From Auanema rhodensis (lineage: Eukaryota > Animalia > Nematoda), in NCBI GenBank assembly GCA_964057225.1, contig OZ059897.1, positions 5,394,001-5,458,000 of the forward strand: a stretch of DNA of 64,000 nt, written 5' to 3'. This document shows, piece after piece, positions 14,346-24,585 of this stretch (position 1 is its first letter; each line of letters starts with the position of its first letter). The position numbers were made by a program, and so were the translations under genes. Below the pieces are notes generated by a model. It was not told the origin of the DNA. It saw only the letters and a list, made by a program, of their open reading frames with translations, and did not search any database.

Positions 14346-15426
14346 ATGACTTTTCGAGCTCAGAAAGCTTTATTCAGGCCATTCCGATCATTTTCATCTG
14401 CGCCTTTCAGCTGCAATAGTTTTTTTTACAAATATCTTAAACGGATTATTTTACTACACTGTATTAGGATCCGATTTTATACACATTATTTTGTGTTAAA
14501 TTATGAAAAATGGACTTAAATTATCTTTTGAACAAAAAGTTAATACACTATTCTTCACAACTTTAATTTTACTAATTATTTGTGTAGGTGTATTAGCAGC
14601 AGCAATATTTTATTTAGGTAAATTTATTTAAAGTTCTGAAGAAGTATTTGTAATAAAGATTTTATTAAGACTGGAATATTGGAGAATTCGGAAAAGGCTA
14701 TCAATTATGCTGTTATGAGGTTTAAACTTCAAGTAACAGCCTTGATACAACGATGAAAAAAAATTTCAGATGAGTTGGTTTAGTTTCAATTTTTCTTTTT
14801 CCGAAAAATTCATATATATTGTGTTTGCCTATACTGTGACCGTCATGCTAGTGGGAATTTGTTTCTGGTAAAGATGATCTTCATAATTTCTCAAAAATTA
14901 TATTTTAGGTTCAGATTGACAACTAAAGGATGCTTACCAGTTTCCATCATTATCTTTTGTGTCTTGATTCTCATTTTAGCAGCCATACAAATATTTTTGG
15001 TTATCTATCATGGAATTGAAATTGGAAACTTTGTTGCACATTGGCCAGATCGTAAGTAGGCTTTGAGAGATTTTCAAATTGACAGTAATTTCAGATGCTC
15101 AAACATACAAGGTATGAATAGTTTTAAGAAATCCAAAATTTTGAATGTTATGCATATATACGCATACATTGAATTCTAAAATTCTTTTGTCTGTGTATAT
15201 ATGGTTATCGATTGACATTTCCAACACATTAGGACCGTTTTTCAAAATATAAAATTTAAAAAAACGTTTTAAAAAGGGTCTGTTTAAGTTTCCCGTGGGA
15301 TATTGGGCATTGGTTGCAGCGTTATGTGTCAATATTTTGGCTCTGATAACACAAGGTAGTTGCTCAGCTATCTTAGTAAAGAATAAAGGATTATTTGAAA
15401 GTTTCAAATTTACTCAGAATGAATAA
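14346..15426 (+). CDS. Small four-pass membrane protein, family not recognised
   Basis: Phase-consistent exons give MTFRAQKALFRPF..FIHIILCVLAAAIFYL|DWNIGEFGKGYQLCCYE|MSWFSF..FIYIVFAYTVTVMLVGICFW..LPVSIIIFCVLILILAAIQIFLVIY..GYWALVAALCVNILALITQGSCSAILVK..QNE*; four hydrophobic segments. Confidence 0.65.
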
Positions 15427-15593
15427 TTATATATATTGATATAAGTATATTTGTAATGTAATTGTATTAATAAAATCATTTTTAGAAGAAATTTATAATA
15501 GAAAAAAACCCGTTTTGTATGGAACATGAGTTATAACGAGATGAGGTTAATGAATGGAATATGAAATATTTAAAATCAAAATGAACGAGAACT

Positions 15594-17953
15594 TTAACTG
15601 TAAGTGTCAATCGCTAAATTAGGAGATGTCTGCTGTGCATACCGGAAGGACTCACTTTCAACAAACGATCTTTTGACAAACTTTGATCTTCCTACAAAGA
15701 TTTTATGAATTTAGGATTAGATTCCAGGAATCGTGAGAGCTCAGCAAAATGATGAATTACCTTTCAACAGTGATGAACACGAGAACACAACCAGATTCCA
15801 GTCTAGAACCATTTGATCTTGACCTCCAGTCAAAAATGAAACAAAAACACAAATGATGATAGACAGCTAAAGAAAAAAAAAGAAGATTTTTTTCTTTTAA
15901 AAATGAAAACATACGAAAAAAATGATAATTGGATGAGTCTGTAGAGGCACATGAGCTGCTATCACTAGCAACTTTTCCATATTAAAGGTTCTGAAACAAC
16001 AATAAGCTCTGGCTTGTGAACTGTTTTGAACCTTATTGAAGTAGATGATGTCTGATTAGATCCTTTTGTACAGCTATTAATGTAGTTAGGAACCTCATTA
16101 TGAGAAAAGAACAAGTAAAATAGAGCTAATGACATCATAATACTCAGAAACAAAGATGTTAAAGCTCCTTTGTTATTACAACATGGAATATAATAACCAC
16201 ATATGAATATACCGCTAATTGCTGCTGATATTGTACTGAAATTTAAAAAAATGTGAATCTTATTATCTCATCAACTATCTTTCTTACAAAACTATTAGTA
16301 ATACAGATATTGTCATCAAATCGTATGGAATATCAAAATATTTGATGATAATAGCAAGACCTGAAGTTAGTACTCCCAGAGCCAAAACAATAAACTAAAG
16401 TCAAATAATTTAAAATAAATAATAATTAATGAAGACTTTACCTGAACTGTAAGCAATTGTCTTTTAGCTGAAGCATTTCTATATTGAAATTTGGCAAATT
16501 CTTCCCATATATGAGTAGATAGATATAGAATATTCCATTGATATACAAACAAAAGTAGGGAAAGTAATCCAGCAACTACTAAATAGTGTTCAACATAATG
16601 CATAACAGTCATCTATAAGTAAACTCAAATAGAATTTATGAATTATTTGAGTTAAAACCTTCGTGAATAAGGAGAATGATGCATAGGATATAGGATGTCC
16701 ACAGGCTGATTCAAGAAAAGCTGTGAACAGAGATGCAATTATAAACGTTATCATATAACTAAACAACTGAAAAACTCCGTAAAAAATAAGATTTAAACGA
16801 AGTTTATAGATTGTTGATAATGGAAAATAAATCTGAAATTTTGAATATTAACAAGAGTTATAACATATTATTTACCTGATAAAAGTTTGGACTTGATGCC
16901 ATTTGATAAAATGAAATAATCAAACCAATTAAAAAAGATAAAAAACAATCGGAAGCAGTGTGTTTCATAGGAACTATTGAACTGAATGATGTGACATTTT
17001 CAATAGCAAAATAAAGAAAAACACCCAATCCAATTAAAGCACACTGAAAGCAAATCATCTGGTCTTGCTATGTGAAATTTAAAATTTTACCAAAATGTTC
17101 AGAATTAAAGTTAAGGACATGATAATAGAATGCCCAGAAAATATGATTGATAATATAGAGAAGCTGGTAACCATTGGGCATAATAAGTAGTATGAATATG
17201 GTGAAACATTCGATAGAAATGATATTACATGAACTAATATGAATAATGTTATCAGAAATGATGACACACATTCAATTGTTGCAATCCATGATCGACCTGA
17301 AAGTTTTGAATGTTTTAACTATTTTCTTAAACATGCTTTGATAATAAATATATTTTAAACGTTGATACGATATAATTAAATTCTATACAACCGATCTTCC
17401 TGCTTACACATTATTAAATAACATGCTAATACACGCCGACGAATATTTAAATAAAAATTTTCACGTGAAATACGTGAAAATTCAATTGTTTTGAGACTTA
17501 CATGTAACACTCTGAAAACGATGCTGAATATATGCTACAATGCTTGGTGATGGAATATAATGAACTATAGGCGTTACTGTGAATATAACAATTGGAAGAG
17601 CAAGACAACTTCCAACTAAATAGAATAATGAAGCAGGGCCAGGAATAAAGAAACACCTAAAGAATTAAACTTTTTGTAACAAATGAAATCAATTAAAATT
17701 ATACCAAATCAGAAATGGTATCAAAGATTGTATACACATCGTTACTGCGATCCTCCATGGTGTTGAGCTAACGGTTCCCTATTATTTCATATGTGTAAAA
17801 TAAATTTGAGACAAAGTTATGAACCTGCTGAAAGTGAATGGCACTCTTAAGCTTAATATGTTTGATTCCAACAAAAGCAGAAACTATAGGAATGACAAAA
17901 AGTGCCAATAAAGGTGTTTGGTTTAGATATAATGACGAGATTGGAAATTTCAT
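15594..17953 (-). CDS. Divergent SLC5 (sodium:solute symporter, SMVT/SMCT-like) multi-pass transporter
   Basis: Spliced product has about 12 hydrophobic segments and degenerate SLC5A6/8-like motifs: VTPIVHYIPSPSIVAYIQHRF (cf. PVFYxLxxTSxYEYLExRF), GIFICGYYIPCCNNKGA (cf. GLFxLGMFFPxANxKGA), VFVSFLTGGQD. Exact 5' end uncertain. Confidence 0.6.
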
Positions 17954-20064
17954 TGTTTCCAGAAAACGCCTGAAAAGAAAATTGATGTATATACATGAAT
18001 ATATTCAGAATAACCAGACAAATCAAAATTAAGACTACAGGGATTAGAGAACAAGAAATTGTAAGTACGATAAAAGAAATCTGTACCTCGTGAGTTCAAA
18101 TGATGATGAGTAAGACAGGTGAAGTATACAGATTGCTAAGAGAGTGAAGAAAAGTGAGAGAATTATAGGAAAGAGGAGAAACGGTCTCAGATGAATGAAG
18201 AGTTGCTCTTGACAAACTGAAAATAGTCCTTTTGCTGTTTTTGAGATTATAAAGAACTAACACAACGAACAACCACTAATACGCCGGCTAAAACACCGTT
18301 CAAAAAAAAAGATGAACTTCTCATTTCTCTATGAATTTCTATAGTTAGAAAGTATGTAATATATAAAAATTATCATTATATTTATAACATATTATTGAAA
18401 AAAAAGAAGATTTTACAGGAATTCTCGTTTATTTTTTATGAATTGAATGAAAAAAAAGTAAATGATCAAAAGGAAAATTGCAATTTGTGTCAAAAAGGTA
18501 CAATAGTCTAAGATGGAGACCAGTTAGATATTGTAGTGAAGTTTGAACACTCTTAGGTGGAATGAATGGAGCGAGAAAATCTGTAAAGATTTTCAAGTTT
18601 GAACAGCAAATGTCTGAGGACTGACCTGTGAAATAGAATAGAAGAATAACATAATAGAAAGTTGTTCATGATGATCTAGGCCGTGATACATCATGATTAA
18701 TTAAAATAAATTCGAATTTAAAAAATGAAAGTATTCAAGATAAGTTTTTTCAAAACTTGATAATGATAACAGTTAGTTACCTGAGTGCATGGATCCAATT
18801 GTTGAATAATCAAAACACTTCGAAGAAGTTTTGAAAGTATCATGGAGCACATAAATCATTTCATTCGTTTTTCATTCAAAATAACTTTTTTTTATACATC
18901 AAAGTAAAAAGATTTTTAAAGAGAAAGCAGCTGAACGCTTCTTTTATTTGAAAAGGAATAAATACTTAATAACATGGATTGAGAAGGATTGAAATACGTC
19001 ATCTTGAAAATTAAACCGAGTAGATGATAGGAAGTTGAAGAGACTACCAAACACTAGTGGCCTTGATACCTCATATGAAGTAGCATCCTTTTCCAGTTTT
19101 TTACTATCAAAACCAAAAGTTGTTAACAGAACGCATTTAGAATAATAAATCCTGTAACATCATATTCTACTTAACAAAGAATGGCAATTGTTAGGTTGAA
19201 AAGAAAGAAAAAAGAGATTGGCTGTATATATCATATGTTATTCAAGATAAAGATGTAAATAAAATGAATCAGAAAGAAATATATTCTTTCCTTAATATTT
19301 CGTTGCCCATACAACTCAATTGAAACAGCTGACATGTGTCACCATGTGCAATATGCTCTACGGCTCGTCAACTAAAAACAATGAAAACGAGGAATTTACG
19401 TCAAAGAAACAAACTGAATAGAATGTACTTCAAATCAAATATCAGAAGAGATATATTTCTATATTCACTTATGTTCTTATTTTCAAAAAAACAAATAATG
19501 ATCGGATAGCCAATGTAATGTTGAGAAAGAGGTAATATTTCAAGTTGGTTGGTTACAACTTTGTTCAACAGTTCAATGATTCACAAATGAACAACGTTTT
19601 CTATGAAGACAAAGCAGCTGGAGATGAATAAAGATGTGAACGAGTAGAAAGTAAATGAAAATTATTAAAAAGTGGTTGTTGTGGAAGATATTTGGTTGGT
19701 TCAGATGAATGTCGAGATCACAATAACCTAAGATATAGACGACAAATTGATTCATGCTGATTGAAAGAACACCATCAGTTGATTACTATTTTCATTATTC
19801 GTTTTCAATCTCGTTCTCTGTATTTTACCGCCTCTTATTTCTCTCATTATCACTTTGTCTCTTTACCCTCTCTCTCTCTATATCTTCCAATCTGTCTGAT
19901 AGTATTTTATTCATTTCCCTCTTTTTCCTGATGTGTTCTCTTCATAGTCTAAACCACTTGCTTGTGCCTGTTGCTGCTATTCCGCTCATCATTTTCTCAT
20001 TTTCTGTTGAAATCTTTTACACATTTTTCAAAATCATCTTAGCATATGCGTGTATTGTCAAGAA

Positions 20065-20103
<39 letters not shown>

Positions 20104-21511
20104 CACAAATAATTTTTCAATTTTAAAGTTATCTATAATATTTTGAAGAAAATACTATATACTTTTTATCAAAAATAGTTTAAAATGAAAAAAAAATAAG
20201 TATTAATGCTGGATGAGAATGAGATGAATCAAGTTTATGTGATTTTTTCTTCGAAAAGAAGATGTATTGAGAAATGATTAAACTGAATAGAAGAATATGG
20301 TAATTTTATTATGCTTGTAAATCGTACAAAACGAATTCAGAATAATGTTTCGTATAAACCTTTGTTGCGAATCGAATGCAAGGTAAGAAGAAAATAATTG
20401 AATCTAGAATGTCTTCTTGAAGAATTTTATTATAAAGATAACAAATATGAAAATAAAATTAATAGAATTTCTGTAGAAAGCTTCATGTTGAACAAAGCCT
20501 ACTTCAGTAGACTTGGCCAAGATACAAGGTCATGTTTTTAAAGCTACAATCATATACCGCTATTGACTAAGTGGTTTTCATATGGTCAATTCAAATTCGT
20601 TTTTTTTTTTGCATTGAGAACAGGGTCTCTTGACGGAGCGACACACCTAAGAATATGATAGCCGGTCACGTTGATCGTCGTCAATACACAAGGCATAAGA
20701 GATGGAATAGAATTTGAGATGGAAAGAAAGAAAAAGATGGTTTTGAGTCAATATACAATAACCTTTTAATATATCTAGATACTAAATATATTAATGTGTA
20801 CGTATATTTGTTCACAACTTCGGGTAGCACTAGGTGTTCGACTAAATGCTCATATCCTCTTATTATATCTTCTCAACGGAGAAAGTCTGTATACTCATTC
20901 ACAATTTATATAGTACGAAGTAAACAAAATCAAGTACAAGAGCAAAAAAAAAAGGTTTTTTAATCAAAAAAAAAGTAAAGAAGAAAGCCAAAAAAGTTCC
21001 AACATACAAGAACATACATGTAATACAAGATAGTGCTATAATATCTAGTAAACATTACCTCAAGATTAATAGTAGGAAATGTAAAAAACCAGTTTGGACA
21101 TGCAGGTATCTGGTGGTCAATGAGAGGTGGAAAAGTAATTTTTTTCTTTTATCGGAAAGAAACAGAAGTATTCCGATGAGTATAGCAGGTATATTGCGAA
21201 AATAGATGAAATGAAGAAATATTCACACACTTTAAGTGGAAATTCTATGAAAGAAACAATGCTCATTCTCAATCTATTTGTGTCGGTGTCGTCCAAACTT
21301 CATAAACGTGTCGCGTTCTCGACTTTTAATCTCAGTACTTCTTCAATATTTTTTAAGTAAATGAATATTCTTCTCGCTCAGTTTACTCAAGATGTAAAGG
21401 TGCAGAAAACTTAAATAAATTCCTTATTCCGAATAAAAAGTTTCGCTAAATACAAAGTAGTATTCGAAAGTAAATAAAGGACAACAGTCCGAAACAATTT
21501 CATGTACATGT

Positions 21512-21562
21512 TGGCGCAGCAGGGCAAGGCGCCGCTGTGGTATGGGATTGCTGGTTCAATCC
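21512..21562 (+). promoter_or_regulatory. tRNA-like internal Pol III promoter (A box + B box) in a decayed tRNA scaffold
   Basis: A box TGGCGCAGCAGG (21512-21523) inside a GCGC/GCGC D-arm; B box GGTTCAATCC (21553-21562). No intact acceptor, anticodon or T stem. Lies 7 nt upstream of a C/D snoRNA that is followed by TTTT. Confidence 0.7.
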
Positions 21563-21569
21563 AAAGGGG

Positions 21570-21637
21570 CTGCTATGATGATTACCTTACCTACAAAGAC
21601 AATACAATGGTTAAAGCTACTCGTACTGTCCGAGCAG
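21570..21637 (+). ncRNA. Box C/D snoRNA, probable SNORD41/snR51 homologue with a second 28S guide
   Basis: Terminal stem CTGC (21570-73)/GCAG (21634-37); box C ATGATGA (21575-81); box D variant CCGA (21630-33); D guide TACTCGTACTG complementary to LSU rRNA CAGUACGA(G/A)UA; D' guide CCTTACCTACA (21585-95) complementary to LSU UGUAGGUAAGG; TTTT terminator 21641-44. rRNA sequences are recalled, not searched. Confidence 0.75.
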
Positions 21638-21949
21638 ATCTTTTATACAACTTCGAAATAAGATTTAAAAATTTATAATAATGAAATTTTAGAATTTTAC
21701 AGTAGACATAAAATAAAAATATAGTGAACTGTTTAATAATTGTATATGCTATACTAATTAAAACCTATTTATATATATAACTATATTAAACTATCTTAAA
21801 TGATAAAATTATACAGCATCAAAACAGGAATGACACAAAAATAGAGAAGCATCTACAAATTGCATAGAGCTATTAGCAGTGCATAAATTAATCACATAAA
21901 TCTAATAAATTCAAGAATAAGAAATAGAATTCAAAAACAAATTAATTGA

Positions 21950-22895
21950 TTAGTCAGTTTTCTTACTCTTTTTCGTCTTTTTTCGTTCTTTAACTGAATC
22001 AGTTGATTTTGCTGCAGTATCAGAAGCAGCAGCACTCGTAGTTGGAGAACTTTTGTTTGAAGGTACAACTTGTTTAAAATCCAAATTATGCGAATCTTCG
22101 TAGAACTCACGAGTCGAATCGGGCTCCTAAAATAAATTGATTACAAAAAATAATCGCCATAAAACATACATCCATAGATTTAACAACAAAGTAGAGATCA
22201 GCAAAGAAAACAATAGTGGCTAGTACGAGTCCTATCAAAAATCGAGTAGCGAGATCTAGATTGAGATGTGGGTAAGCATAGGCAACACCTAAAAAAGATT
22301 AAATACTTTGTATAAAATTCTATACTACCTGAGAATCCAAAAAAGAAGGATCCCACTACGGTGATAAGAACATTAAAAACCGAGATTAGTTGTCTGTTCA
22401 CCTCACGTAACTCTGCACCGAAGCTATCCATATGTACGACCTATAAAGAAATATTTTAAAATAACAAGAGGTCTTCACTTGCTTTTCCGTATTGCTGTGT
22501 AGAGTCTACGGATTGAACAAGTTTTTTATATTGCATGTTTTCCTGTTGCACTCTTAACTTCTCAGTTTTTTTTCTAAATATAAAAGCAAAATTAAAAAAA
22601 TCTTTTCGAACAAATAAACCTGAAAGCCGAACTAGCTTTATACGTTTTATGTTCAACATACGGGGTAATCATATTGAATAAAACAAAAAGTGGCTTTTTT
22701 TCGGAAACTGTTGACTGAAATACAAACTATTAATGTTATAGAAATAAGTAAACTTGCCTTAATGAACTTTAAATCATCAGTAGATACTATATCCTGTTGG
22801 GAAATAAGCTCAATCTTCGTCTTATCGGCAGTACTCACATCATTTACCATTGTCAAAAGAAGCTCTTTGGCTTCTACAGTTAATTTCCATGACAT
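21950..22895 (-). CDS. V-ATPase assembly factor TMEM199/VMA12 homologue
   Basis: Spliced: ..FRKKTEKLRVQQENMQYKKLVQSVD..ELREVNRQLISVFNVLITVVGSFFFGFSG..RYSIFIGLVLATIVFFADLYFVVKSMD: Vma12 family pattern (coiled helix plus two TMs), basic tail ending KRVRKTD. ATG directly follows TTTCAG. Confidence 0.85.
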
Positions 22896-23153
22896 CTGAA
22901 AAAGGAAGCATGTTTTTAAGACAAAGCAAACAGAATTGAACTAAATTCAAAGAGTGAAAGATGAAGAACACATAATTATTATAATATGCAAATCATTCCA
23001 TGAGACCAAACGGAAGTTTACGAACATAATTTTCATTGTAACGAGCAAACATTATTTTATAGTGTTACTAATAGTCCGTAAATCTTATTCCCTGTACTTT
23101 TCCATCAGATTGAAAAGGAAGGTTCAAGAAAAAAAATAATAAAACAAAGTTAA

Positions 23154-23892
23154 CATATTCAGGACGGCGTGACCCAGCATTGGGTCACGGTCGGTAAATT
23201 ACGTACAAAAAATTTTAAAATTTTAAAAATAGATTTTACTTGTTAATTTCAATATTATGTAAATAAACAACACGGAAATGATCTAAAAAAGGGAAATGAT
23301 ACAAAACTAAAATAAAATGATAAAAAAAAACTGTCAATTTTTCTATCAATTTTTGTTCATTTTTGAACGTACGGCATACTTTAAACTTGATCTATTTATG
23401 CTTAAGAACTTACTGTGATTAGATATCTAGTTGAATGATAGATGAGATATCACTCTTCACATGCCTAAAGTTTTGATTCATAAATTCTTTTATTTTTGAA
23501 GTTATACAATCTCAAATATACGATATCGTCATAAACTGTTTCACATTTAGTTTTTCTCATTCAATTATTTAGGCTACTCATTCGTACTTTGTTAACAAAT
23601 AGACGCTGAAAACTTTTACCTCGAAGCTGGCAACTTCTACCTCGATTCTGAGGATTCTGATTGGGATGATGACAACGAGGAGAAGGACGGAAATCTGTCT
23701 GGAGGTGTTTCCTGCTATGAGGACAAAATGGAAGAGGATGTAATGGAGAATGTCTTGAATGACGATTGGAAGGATGAGACATTCAAGAACTCCAGTTTTA
23801 ACTTCACCGGCAGCATTGGAGCTAACGAAACTTGGATAGGAAATTGTCGGACACCCTATCAGTTCTGGAGCTTGTTCGTCTTCTTATTTTGA
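23154..23892 (+). mobile_element. Truncated piggyBac-type element (5' end plus N-terminal transposase relic)
   Basis: TTAA at 23150-53 followed by CATATTCAGGACG and a perfect subterminal palindrome CGTGACCCA-gcat-TGGGTCACG (23168-23189). ATG-less open frame 23596-23892 reads acidic tract..DDWKDETFKNSSFNFTGSIGANETWIGNCRTPYQFWSLF, resembling the PGBD transposase N-terminus (W..FTG..G..TP..F..LF). No 3' TIR found. Confidence 0.65.
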
Positions 23893-24585
23893 TTGATCTT
23901 TGTTACTGTTTTTTATTCACGCTTCTCTATACAATGGATTTGTCTATTATTTTGTTTGCAGTTTGCAAATATACTCATATTTAGTGTTGAGTCTAATTTT
24001 CGCTTCTAATTTCTCAATATAGAATTAGCACAGCTAAAATAATTGTCAAAGTTCTAACAGTTGAAATGTGTTATTAATGAAATAAAGCAATTGACAAGAA
24101 AATAATACTCCGAATTTGTTTCCCAACAATTCAATAATAATACAACAATGAAAATACTGAACAGTAGGATTTTTTCGAAAACAAATTAACTTCATATAAA
24201 ATTAGCAATCTACATCAACTCCTAAAGCATTTGTGAGTAAATGAAGTTATAAGAAATGTTAATAAAAATTAAAACAATCTTGGATCACTAAAAGGTTGGT
24301 TATAAATCACAATTACTTAAATCACATTAAAATAAATCTAAACTTGCAACAAGTAACAAGAGAAAGAATGGGGATGGAATGAAAGTGGGAGCTAGATAGT
24401 ATGAGCAAAAATACAAAATGATAAGTATCACCGGAGTAAAGTAGTTGTCACCATAAAACAATTACTAATGCTGACTATCCTTAATCATGCAGGAATTAAA
24501 GCATTACAATATTGTTTCTCAAAACTTAGTAACATAGCAAAAATTATAGAAAATAAAAATAAAACATTATTCCCTTTGAAGCTAT

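Noticed and set aside
20620-20705. GC-richer block with TTGACG/CGTCAA flanks as a structured RNA
   Set aside because: Pairing is short and no C/D, H/ACA or Sm motifs are convincing.
21505-21570. Functional tRNA gene
   Set aside because: A and B boxes and the D arm are present, but there is no acceptor stem, the D-to-T spacing is too short for an anticodon arm, and the T stem does not pair; treated as a promoter relic.
23536-23543. CTGTTTCA piRNA (Ruby) motif
   Set aside because: Single occurrence noticed, inside a transposon relic; no cluster.
23561-23782. 73-aa His/Pro/Arg-rich minus-strand ORF
   Set aside because: Antisense shadow of the piggyBac transposase relic on the plus strand.
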